Assembly (NCBI GenBank): GCA_963664705.1 | Contig: OY761556.1 | Coordinates: 1,216,001-1,280,000, forward strand | Direction: 5' to 3' | Source of the DNA: Acidobacteriota bacterium | GTDB taxonomy: Bacteria; Acidobacteriota; UBA6911 | Length of the DNA stretch: 64,000 nucleotides | Shown: piece by piece, positions 8,462-16,913 of the stretch | Position numbering within the stretch: position 1 is the stretch's first letter | Layout of the letters: each line of letters begins with the position of its first letter | Notes under the pieces: model-generated | The model's database searches: none | Told to the model about the DNA's origin: nothing | The model's input: only the letters and a program-made list of their open reading frames with translations | Made by a program: the position numbers and the translations under genes

Positions 8462-10048
8462 ATGAAAATATTAAGTGCAAGACAGATGGCAGAAGTTGAT
8501 CGACTCACCACGGAGCGCTACCGAATTCCGTCGATCCTTCTCATGGAAAACGCCGGCCGCCTGACGGCGGAGGAAATTGAAAAAGCCTGCCCGGGTTTTG
8601 ACAGGAAGAAGATCATTATCCTCTGCGGAAGGGGAAACAATGGCGGAGATGGGTTTGTCGTTGCACGGTACCTTGCTCTGGCCAATGCAAAGCCCACGAT
8701 CCTGCTGTTTACGGAGCCGGATAAAATCATAGGCGATGCCCGGACCAACTTTGAAATCGCCCAGGCAATGGGCCTGAACATCCAGGTTTTGCCGACACCG
8801 GTTAAAGCGAAGTCCTATCTGAAAAAAGTACTGTGTCCCGATATTATTGTGGATGCATTGTTTGGAACCGGACTCTCGAAGCCGGTCGGACCCGATTACC
8901 GGCATGTAGTGGATTGGGTTAACCAGCATCACGCCCATGCTTTTATCGCCGCGGTGGATATCCCGTCAGGACTCATGGCGGATTCTCCGGAAGTGATCGG
9001 ACCTTCGGTCAAAGCCCACCTGACCGTTACATTTTCAGCGCTGAAGCTGGCGCATCTTGTTCCTCCGGCTTCGGATTATGCGGGAAAAGTGGTTTTGGTT
9101 CACATTGGTTCTCCCCAGGCCCTCTTTGAAGATCCGGCATACCGGTTGAACCTCGTCGATGCATTGCAGGTACGGTCAACAATTCCCGAAAGGGCCCGGA
9201 GCGGACACAAAGGCTCCTATGGACATGTGTATGCTGTTGCGGGGTCGCGTGGAAAGAGCGGAGCTGCCCTGATGACCGGGCTGGCGGCTCTTCGATCCGG
9301 GGCGGGACTGGTGACCCTATGGCTTCCTGCCAGCCTGCAAAAACTGCTGGCCGGAAAGTTTCCCGAATTGATGATCGAAGCGCTGCCGGAAACCGAGGAT
9401 GGAACTCCGGATCGATCCGGAGCCGAGCGTGTTTTATCGCTGCTTCCGGATATGGATGCGCTTGTACTTGGGCCCGGCATCACGACCCACCCTTCCACGA
9501 AAAAACTTGTGTGGGAACTCGTCCGACGTTCTCCTGTTCCGGTCGTGCTCGATGCGGATGGAATCAATGCCTTCGTGCCTCCCGCCGAACCTGTCCGGAA
9601 TGAACAGAATCAGCCGGTAATCCTTACCCCCCATCCCGGCGAAATGGCCCGACTGATCGGGAAGAAGATCTCCGATGTGCAAAAGGACAGGCTTGGAACC
9701 GCCCGTGCGTTTGCCGTCGCAAGACGCTGCTATCTGGTGCTCAAAGGCTTCCAGACCGTAATCGCGACACCTGGTGGAGATCTTTACATCAACAACACGG
9801 GCAATCCGGGTATGGCAACCGGTGGAACAGGAGATATCCTTGCCGGCATGATGGGGCGCTTTGTTGCGGCATGGAATATTCTGAATGCCCGGCAGCATGA
9901 GGCTCGCCTGGATGATTTTATCTGTGCCGCCGTGCACCTTCACGGCCTGGCGGGCGATCTGGGCGCCGAAGTAAAAGGGGTAGAATCGTTGGTTGCGACC
10001 GATCTCCTGGATTATCTGCCCGCTGCATTCAAGAAAGTGTCAAATTAA
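8462..10048 (+). CDS. nnr: Bifunctional NAD(P)H-hydrate epimerase/dehydratase (YjeF)
   Basis: LMENAG, GRGNNGGDG, DALFGTG, DIPSG, HKG.YG, LTPHPGEM and GGTGDILAG motifs. Confidence 0.95.
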   Translation: MKILSARQMAEVDRLTTERYRIPSILLMENAGRLTAEEIEKACPGFDRKKIIILCGRGNNGGDGFVVARYLALANAKPTILLFTEPDKIIGDARTNFEIAQAMGLNIQVLPTPVKAKSYLKKVLCPDIIVDALFGTGLSKPVGPDYRHVVDWVNQHHAHAFIAAVDIPSGLMADSPEVIGPSVKAHLTVTFSALKLAHLVPPASDYAGKVVLVHIGSPQALFEDPAYRLNLVDALQVRSTIPERARSGHKGSYGHVYAVAGSRGKSGAALMTGLAALRSGAGLVTLWLPASLQKLLAGKFPELMIEALPETEDGTPDRSGAERVLSLLPDMDALVLGPGITTHPSTKKLVWELVRRSPVPVVLDADGINAFVPPAEPVRNEQNQPVILTPHPGEMARLIGKKISDVQKDRLGTARAFAVARRCYLVLKGFQTVIATPGGDLYINNTGNPGMATGGTGDILAGMMGRFVAAWNILNARQHEARLDDFICAAVHLHGLAGDLGAEVKGVESLVATDLLDYLPAAFKKVSN

Positions 10049-10521
10049 TGAAGCCTCGGAAGACGAGGAAACAGGAAGAGAAGATCTCACACATCCGGAC
10101 GCGTTCCCCGGAGGAGACGCAGAAAATCGGGTTTGATGTCGGCAGATCTTTGGTCATTCCGGCTGTGGTGCTGCTGCGAGGCTCTCTCGGGGCCGGCAAA
10201 ACCACGCTGACCCGGGGAATTGCGATGGGCCTGGGATTGGAGGATACGAGCCTGGTGAATAGTCCGTCCTTCACTCTTGTTAATGTTTATCACGGTACAT
10301 GCCCTGTCTATCACGTGGATCTCTATAGGCTCGAAGGGGAAAGAGACCTGTATTCAATCGGGATGGATGATTTCCTGGGAAGCGAGGGAGTTACGGTCGT
10401 GGAGTGGAGCGAACGGCTGGCCGGCTCATTCGAAAACGCTACCCTCATCGAAATCGAGGATGCGGGCGGAGATGAACGCATTCTGCATATCCGTGCCGCT
10501 TCGAAGCGGAGATCGAAATAG
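10048..10521 (+). CDS. tsaE: tRNA threonylcarbamoyladenosine biosynthesis ATPase
   Basis: GSLGAGKTT, SPSFTLV, HVDLYRL and VEW motifs; follows nnr as usual. Confidence 0.95.
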   Translation: MKPRKTRKQEEKISHIRTRSPEETQKIGFDVGRSLVIPAVVLLRGSLGAGKTTLTRGIAMGLGLEDTSLVNSPSFTLVNVYHGTCPVYHVDLYRLEGERDLYSIGMDDFLGSEGVTVVEWSERLAGSFENATLIEIEDAGGDERILHIRAASKRRSK

Positions 10522-10557
10522 GAGATATTTCTGTCTAATTCGACAAATGGCGAGAGT

Positions 10558-11799
10558 ATGAAATTCAAGGGTTTGCCCGGGATCACGGCAGCATGGCCCG
10601 AATTCCTGCAGTCCGGACTTCCGGCCTATGAAGTGCCAGTCAGCGTGCGGGATCTGGCTTTGCGCGCAAGCGCCCTGCAGGGCCGCACTGCCGATGGCGA
10701 ACTGATACGACTGCTTACGAGTCGAGATGCGGGTGAACTGCCACTATCCGAGAGCATTGGGCGATTGGGCCGACCGGATGCGGTCGTTATCCTGGCGAAA
10801 ATATACTCTGGTTTCCTGGGCGGCCCCATAGCTCAAATTCTGAAGTGTCTGACCGCCATCAAGCTTTCGGCGCAACTGCGAGCCTGCTCGGTCAATGCCG
10901 TTCCCGTTGCATGGGTTGATTCCGGCGTCTGCAATTTCCCGGTCTGGGAGATCGCTCTTGTGGATGATGCCGAAATCCGGTCTTTTGGGGTTGCGCCCGG
11001 AGCCGTGATTCCCGGTACGATTTCTGAAACGCTCTCGATCATCGAGAACTTCGGTCGAGATGCATACGATGGCGAAGTGCTGGATGTCATCAGACGGTCA
11101 TTTGCCGCCGGACGGTCGTTTTCCTCCGCAACTGCAGAGCTGTTTTCCTCGCTGCTGCAGCAGTGGGGAATGATCCTGATCGATTCCGCCGGCATTCGCC
11201 GGAGTCCGTCGGAGCTTCTGCCCGTGCTGTCCTGGGTCCTGAGTCCTTTCGAGGTTGACCCGGTCTCACCGCGAGTTTCCACCACCGCGTCCGCTCCGAT
11301 CACCGCGTGGCCGCAGGCAAGTGCAACGATAGGCGACGTCCGCGTTCATAGGACTATGGATCGGTATGGCCTCGAGTTAAAGCAGCTATTCGAGGGAGAA
11401 GCCGCCGTTCTTGGAGTTATCAGAAATTCGCTTCCGCGTGGAAGCCTGGACAAACTGTCCGGACTCAAACATGAGGTTGAGACAGGGATCGGATCCCTGA
11501 CCGCGCTGGCTGAGGATGAGAGCGGGTTTTCCAAACTTGCACGCAGCACGCAGGAAAAAATATTGTATCAGTTGAACAAATTGCAGACCCATTTTGATGC
11601 CGCGCTGAAAGCAAAAGAAGATGTGGCCGCAAGGCGAATTCGCAACGCCTGCGCATTGCTGGCTCCGGGCGGACGCCTGCAGGAAATGGCAATCGGCGCG
11701 GTCCAGATTCCGTTGCGCTATTCAACTCGCGGATTGAATGTGCTATATGAGCACATCGATGTTACGAGGTTCGAGCACCAACTAATTTGGATGGATTGA
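10558..11799 (+). CDS. Divergent, shortened BshC-like protein (bacillithiol cysteine-adding enzyme homologue)
   Basis: GFLGGP...LK.LTAIKL, VPVAW, P.ASAT, a coiled coil and LAPGGRLQE resemble BshC; adjacent to bshB1; conserved motifs are eroded. Confidence 0.65.
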   Translation: MKFKGLPGITAAWPEFLQSGLPAYEVPVSVRDLALRASALQGRTADGELIRLLTSRDAGELPLSESIGRLGRPDAVVILAKIYSGFLGGPIAQILKCLTAIKLSAQLRACSVNAVPVAWVDSGVCNFPVWEIALVDDAEIRSFGVAPGAVIPGTISETLSIIENFGRDAYDGEVLDVIRRSFAAGRSFSSATAELFSSLLQQWGMILIDSAGIRRSPSELLPVLSWVLSPFEVDPVSPRVSTTASAPITAWPQASATIGDVRVHRTMDRYGLELKQLFEGEAAVLGVIRNSLPRGSLDKLSGLKHEVETGIGSLTALAEDESGFSKLARSTQEKILYQLNKLQTHFDAALKAKEDVAARRIRNACALLAPGGRLQEMAIGAVQIPLRYSTRGLNVLYEHIDVTRFEHQLIWMD

Positions 11800-11803
11800 A
11801 GCA

Positions 11804-12535
11804 ATGCAACTAGACGTACTGGCTTTTGGGGCGCACCCCGATGACGTTGAGCTTTTTGCCGGCGGCACAATGGCAAAATTGGCCGCACTTGGCCATGCCA
11901 CGGGGATTGTGGATATGTCCCGGGGAGAACTGGGGACGCGTGGAACGCCGGCTCTTCGGAAGAAGGAAGCATCTGAAGCGGCCAAAATACTCGGCGTCAA
12001 AATCCGGGACAACATGGGCTTTCCCGATGGAGCGGTGCCCGTCACGGACGCGGCAAGGTTGAAGGTCATCCGCGTCCTGCGGAAATACCGTCCGCAGATT
12101 GTCCTGACCCACCATTGGGACGACAAGCATCCGGATCATGTGCACACAAGCCGGCTGGTGGCCGAAGCCGTTCACCACTCCGGGCTCGCCAAGATCCGCA
12201 CCGGGCAGGAGCGGTTTCGCCCTTCCACACTTCTGTTTTACAAGGTTCCGACAAATCAGATCCCTAGCTTTGTTGTGGATATTACGGAATATGCGGAGCA
12301 GCGCATGGCAGCGATTACTGCCTACCGGTCCCAGTTACATGATCCCTCGAGCCGTGAACCTGCCACCAAGCTGAGCCATCCGGATTTCCTTGTGCACATC
12401 GAGAATATCCATTCTTTTTATGGAACGCTTATCGGAAAGCGGAAGGGGGAGGGATTTCAATATAAAGAGGTTCTGGAAATAGAGGATCCCGTCGCCCATT
12501 TTGGGCACAGGTTCAAGGCGAAAAGACAGGATTAG
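11804..12535 (+). CDS. bshB1: N-acetyl-alpha-D-glucosaminyl L-malate deacetylase (PIG-L family)
   Basis: AHPDDVE, GELGTRGT...R..E, HPDH and AYRSQ motifs; next to a bshC-like gene. Confidence 0.88.
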   Translation: MQLDVLAFGAHPDDVELFAGGTMAKLAALGHATGIVDMSRGELGTRGTPALRKKEASEAAKILGVKIRDNMGFPDGAVPVTDAARLKVIRVLRKYRPQIVLTHHWDDKHPDHVHTSRLVAEAVHHSGLAKIRTGQERFRPSTLLFYKVPTNQIPSFVVDITEYAEQRMAAITAYRSQLHDPSSREPATKLSHPDFLVHIENIHSFYGTLIGKRKGEGFQYKEVLEIEDPVAHFGHRFKAKRQD

Positions 12536-12642
12536 ACAAGTCGGGCTCATTTGCACCAGCGCTCCCGGTGCAGAGCTTTCCACTAACGATTGATCCCGGA
12601 CCGCTGATATAATCGCCGCCCCCGGGGAGAAGAGATCCGCAG

Positions 12643-14073
12643 ATGTTTCGAGAACGTGCAAAGCTTTTCAACCGACTGCAGTTCGTCGCTGACGTTCTGA
12701 TTACTCTTGCCGCTTTCCCCGCAGCGTACTGGAGCCGGGTACACCTTTCGAAAATCCTGCCCGTTGAGTGGGATCAGTTGCTTAACCCCGTTTTGCTTCC
12801 ATTCCATGAATATTTCTGGATCGCGATGTTTGCGACTGCCTGCTGGTCCGGCGCGGCTTACTCGCTTGGGCTCTACAGGATTTCCATCCGGCGTTCGGGA
12901 TGGGAAAAGGTGCGGATCGCGCTGGAAAGCTCCATCCTCATCTGGTTCTTTCTCGGGTTCCTGTCATTTGCCCTGAAACTGGACCTCAGCCGTCCGCTTA
13001 TTGCACTGTTTGTTTTGTACCAGGCGGCCAGTATCAGTATTGCCAGAGGTGTTATTGCACTTCGTAGAAGGCGTCTTGCCCTTTCTTCAAAAAACTGCCG
13101 CAACGTCTTGATCATCGGGACCATGGCGAAAGCGCGCAAAATGGGCGGGCTTATTTCCAGATATTCCGACTGGGGGTTCCGGATCCTCGGCTATGTGGAT
13201 GTCAATGGATCTTCTCCGGATGAAGACAACAGTATTCTCGGGAAAATCGCCGATCTGCCGCAGATCATAGAAAATAATATCGTCGATGAAATCATATTTG
13301 TGGGGGACCGTCCCAACCTCGACCTGCTGGACGGGATTCTCGAACTCTGTAAAGAACAGGGCATTCGCACGCGTGTAGCGGCGGATTTCTTCCCGGCCAA
13401 GGTTTCCAATCTTTCCATGGAGTTTTTGGAAAACGTGCCGGTGATCACGTTCAGTTCTGCCCCGGATCACGGCTTTGCGCTTTTGATCAAACGATTTCTC
13501 GATATCGTGATCTCGGGTATATTGCTCGTTCTGCTGATTCCATTCTTTATTATCATCGGGCTGGCGGTCCGGTTGACCTCCAAAGGGCCGGCGATCTACC
13601 GGCAGACACGGTGCGGCCTGTACGGACGGAAATTCATGCTGTATAAGATCCGAAGCATGCGGGAAGGCGCCGAGGACGTCTTGTGGGAGATCAAGCACCT
13701 CAATGAAATGGATGGACCTGTGTTCAAGATGCGCAACGATCCCCGCGTGACGCCGCTCGGACGTGTCCTCCGGAAAACCTCTATTGATGAATTGCCCCAG
13801 CTCTGGAATGTGCTCAAAGGCGATATGAGCCTGGTGGGACCGCGTGCGCCGCTGCCGGACGAGGTAAAGGAATACACGCGCTGGCAAAGACGGAGACTGT
13901 CGGTTAAGCCGGGCATCACATGCCTGTGGCAGGTTTCCGGCCGCAACGAAATCGATTTCCACGAGTGGATGAAGCTCGACCTGCATTACATCGATAACTG
14001 GTCGTTATTCCTCGATTTCAAGATTCTGCTGCGAACGTTCCCCGTTGTAATTTTCGGCAAGGGCGCAAGGTAA
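12643..14073 (+). CDS. Polyprenyl-phosphate glycosylphosphotransferase (WcaJ/WbaP-like priming transferase)
   Basis: N-terminal TM helices; KRFLDI, YKIRSM, DPRVT..GR.LRKTSIDELPQLWNVLKGDMSLVGPR, KPGIT. Confidence 0.93.
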   Translation: MFRERAKLFNRLQFVADVLITLAAFPAAYWSRVHLSKILPVEWDQLLNPVLLPFHEYFWIAMFATACWSGAAYSLGLYRISIRRSGWEKVRIALESSILIWFFLGFLSFALKLDLSRPLIALFVLYQAASISIARGVIALRRRRLALSSKNCRNVLIIGTMAKARKMGGLISRYSDWGFRILGYVDVNGSSPDEDNSILGKIADLPQIIENNIVDEIIFVGDRPNLDLLDGILELCKEQGIRTRVAADFFPAKVSNLSMEFLENVPVITFSSAPDHGFALLIKRFLDIVISGILLVLLIPFFIIIGLAVRLTSKGPAIYRQTRCGLYGRKFMLYKIRSMREGAEDVLWEIKHLNEMDGPVFKMRNDPRVTPLGRVLRKTSIDELPQLWNVLKGDMSLVGPRAPLPDEVKEYTRWQRRRLSVKPGITCLWQVSGRNEIDFHEWMKLDLHYIDNWSLFLDFKILLRTFPVVIFGKGAR

Positions 14074-14081
14074 CAATCGCG

Positions 14082-14723
14082 TCACTGTGAAATCAGCAAG
14101 GCACTGCTTACCTCTTTGATATGGCAGAATTCGGCAAGTTCCCGAATCTTTTCGGGAGAGGGCGGGGGTGCCAGGCGACTGTGATAGCTTCCAGGCCCCA
14201 GCAACAGATAAGCAAAAGTCTCGGCAAAATCGCCTGCAGGCGTGGCATAGTCTGCGCAGGCACTGCAGCCGTACCAGGGCATATTGGCGTCGATGCCACG
14301 CAGTTCCATCCAGTGTCTTCGCCTAGAGGCATCGTTATATTTCAAATCAAAGACATGTCCGAATTCATGCGCCAGATCAAAGGCAAGCGCACTCGGCGGA
14401 TCTTCGTTTTTGACATACACCTCGATCTGCTTCCGGTCGACCAGGGTCAAAGCCCTGTATCCGGGACGTCGATCGAGGAACGATACCCTGAATCCAAGAT
14501 CCTGCCACGGGAAATGAATCATCGCCAATGCGGTGGATCCGGCCTCTTCCCGCGGGTGACCCGCCCGCCCGGAGGGGGCGACGTCCGGAATCGAGGTTCT
14601 GCTGATCGATTTCGGAGAAAGGTCCTTCCGCACTCGAGATCTGGCCGTAACCACTGCATCCGCATGCAGAGCCAGTGTTACCAGCATAAAAACAAGCAGC
14701 AGTTTGTTCGTGGAGTATCGCAT
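14082..14723 (-). CDS. Hypothetical secreted zincin-type metalloprotease
   Basis: Signal peptide (ALHA); AHEFGH zinc motif; downstream Y.TPAGDFAETF (third-ligand-like motif). Confidence 0.65.
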   Translation of the reverse strand: MRYSTNKLLLVFMLVTLALHADAVVTARSRVRKDLSPKSISRTSIPDVAPSGRAGHPREEAGSTALAMIHFPWQDLGFRVSFLDRRPGYRALTLVDRKQIEVYVKNEDPPSALAFDLAHEFGHVFDLKYNDASRRRHWMELRGIDANMPWYGCSACADYATPAGDFAETFAYLLLGPGSYHSRLAPPPSPEKIRELAEFCHIKEVSSALLISQ

Positions 14724-14750
14724 CGAACCACGTATTTCTTTAAGGATGGA

Positions 14751-14805
14751 TGGGTAAAACTACTCACGCCTTGAGTAATTATACTCAAGTGCTCCCCCGT
14801 GTCAA
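14751..14805 (-). promoter_or_regulatory. Near-consensus sigma70 promoter overlapped by tandem palindromic operators
   Basis: TTGACA (14800-14805)-N16-TATAAT (14778-14783); CTTGAGTA-N4-TACTCAAG at 14770-14789; TGGGTA-N4-TACTCA at 14751-14766. Confidence 0.7.
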
Positions 14806-14925
14806 ATGCAGGATCAAGGTCAAGGCTTCCGGAGCACAAATTTGCGATTAGTTTGTTCGCCTGACTTGACCGAATTAGCAACCACATATCCTGGATCGTG
14901 CCACAACTGGATCCGCTATCTATCA

Positions 14926-15099
14926 GTGTTTATGGAATTAGCGCTGTTTTTACCCAAACCGTCAAACCAGCGGCAGGCAAAGCGCCGCATAGGCGCGCCG
15001 GAAGATAGTCAGGGATGAGCGCGGCGAACCCCTGGAACAAGAGTTATTCATTCGGTATTTATGGGATTAGCGCCGTTTACACCAAACCGGTCAAGCCAG
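14926..15099. repeat. Imperfect ~45-bp direct repeats flanking a degenerate family-A hairpin
   Basis: gtgtttatggaattagcgctgtttttacccaaaccgtcaaaccag versus gtatttatgggattagcgccgtttacaccaaaccggtcaagccag. Confidence 0.7.
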
Positions 15100-15105
15100 G
15101 TGATA

Positions 15106-16908
15106 TTAGTTTGATTCAAGGACTGCAGTGGATTCCGGTTGGTCTCGGTACTGTAACTGATAGAGTTTCCAGTAGATGCCGCGCAGCTTGAGCAGCTGTT
15201 GGTGAGAGCCGATTTCGCGGATTCTGCCCCGGTGCAGAACGATGATGCGATCCGCATTCTGAATGGTCGACAGACGGTGCGCAATAATAATTGAGGTGCG
15301 GCCCGCCATCAGCCGGGTGAGAGCATCCCGTATGAGAAGCTCTGTTTCGGTGTCGATGCTGGAGGTTGCTTCATCCAGCACGAGGATTTTGGGGTCATAG
15401 GCCAGGGCCCGAGCAAAGGCCAACAGCTGTTTCTGGCCCACCGACAGGGAGGATCCCCGTTCGCCCACTTCCGTCGAATACTGCTTTTCCAGTTTGCCGA
15501 TGAATTGAGCCGCGTGCACTGTCTCCGCCGCCTGCTGTATTTGGGCGTCGGAAATGTGGTTGTTTCCCAGCCGGATGTTTTCCGCCACGCTTCCGGAAAA
15601 GAGGAATACGTCCTGAAGCACGATCCCGATCGAACGCCGCAATCCCTGCAGGTCGAGCTCCTTGATGTTTACGCCATCCACCAGGATTTCTCCCTGCTGC
15701 ACATCATAGAAGCGGCTCAACAGCGAGATAATCGTTGATTTGCCGGCTCCGGTGGCGCCGACCACCGCAACCTTTTCGCCGGGGGCGACTTTGAAGGACA
15801 CGTCATGCAAAATCTGCTCTCCGGCATTGTAGGAGAACCCCACATTACGAAATTCGATACTGCCGCGCTGCACCGGCTGCAATTCCGCCTCCTCCGGCGA
15901 TGCAATGGATGGTTCGGTGTCCACAAGCTTGAAAATGCGTTCCGAGGAAGCCATTGCTGCCTGGAGAATGGTGTATTTCTCGCTGAGGTCCGAAATAGGG
16001 CGGAAGAAGCGGTCGGAATACTGGATGAATGCGACCAGTGTGCCCAGTGTCAGTGCGCCTGAAAGCACCTGGTGGCCGCCAAGCCAGACGATGAGCGCAA
16101 TTGCGGAGGCGGAGACCACCTCCAGCAGGGGAAAGAAGATTGCATAATAGAAGATCGATTGTATGTTGGCATCGAGATGTTCTTTGTTGATCCGTGTGAA
16201 GCGCCGGTATTGCTTTTGCTCCTGCACAAAAAGCTGGACTACCGCCGCGCCCGTTATGTTTTCCTGCAGAAAGGAATTGATGCGCGCGATGGCTGTCCGC
16301 ACTCTCCGGTAGGAGTCGCGGACCTTTATCTTGAAGATCAGCGTGATAAGAATCAGAAACGGCAGAATGGCTACAATCGCAAGCGCCAGTTTGTAATTGA
16401 GAATAAAAAGAGAAATGATGATTCCCGAAAGCGTAAAGAGGTCGTCGAAAACGGAAATGACCCCTGAGGTAAACAGCTCGTTCAGGGCATCGACATCGGT
16501 TGTGACTCGCGTCATCAGGCGGCCGACGGGATTTCGGTCAAAAAATGAAACGTCCAGTTTTTGCAGATGCCGGAATATCTGCATGCGCAGGTCGAACATG
16601 ACTTTCTGGCCCACCGTATTGATGAGCAAGGTTTGGGTAAAACTCAACGCAAACACGCAGAAGAGGGAAAGGATGTAAAGAAGCGCAATCTGGTTCAGTC
16701 CCGCAAAGCTGCCGTTCCGGATGTATCGGTCTATTGCGATTTTGGTCAGGTAGGGCTGAATAATCGAAAAGGCAGAGCCGGAGATCAGGCATACCAGTGC
16801 CAGGAAAGCGGAACCGCGGTACGGCTTCAGATAGGAGAGAAGCCGGCGCATCAGCCGCGCATCGTACGCCTTGCCCAAGACCTGTTCTTCGTTGATATTT
16901 TCCGCCAT
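15106..16908 (-). CDS. ABC exporter, fused permease/ATPase (MdlB-like subunit)
   Basis: TM domain; GATGAGKS Walker A, LSVGQKQ signature, LVLDEATSS. Confidence 0.92.
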   Translation of the reverse strand: MAENINEEQVLGKAYDARLMRRLLSYLKPYRGSAFLALVCLISGSAFSIIQPYLTKIAIDRYIRNGSFAGLNQIALLYILSLFCVFALSFTQTLLINTVGQKVMFDLRMQIFRHLQKLDVSFFDRNPVGRLMTRVTTDVDALNELFTSGVISVFDDLFTLSGIIISLFILNYKLALAIVAILPFLILITLIFKIKVRDSYRRVRTAIARINSFLQENITGAAVVQLFVQEQKQYRRFTRINKEHLDANIQSIFYYAIFFPLLEVVSASAIALIVWLGGHQVLSGALTLGTLVAFIQYSDRFFRPISDLSEKYTILQAAMASSERIFKLVDTEPSIASPEEAELQPVQRGSIEFRNVGFSYNAGEQILHDVSFKVAPGEKVAVVGATGAGKSTIISLLSRFYDVQQGEILVDGVNIKELDLQGLRRSIGIVLQDVFLFSGSVAENIRLGNNHISDAQIQQAAETVHAAQFIGKLEKQYSTEVGERGSSLSVGQKQLLAFARALAYDPKILVLDEATSSIDTETELLIRDALTRLMAGRTSIIIAHRLSTIQNADRIIVLHRGRIREIGSHQQLLKLRGIYWKLYQLQYRDQPESTAVLESN

Positions 16909-16913
16909 GATTC

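Noticed and set aside
14926-15099. Possible mini-CRISPR (repeat-spacer-repeat)
   Set aside because: Only two degenerate, non-palindromic repeats, an ~85-nt spacer and no cas genes; kept only as a direct repeat.
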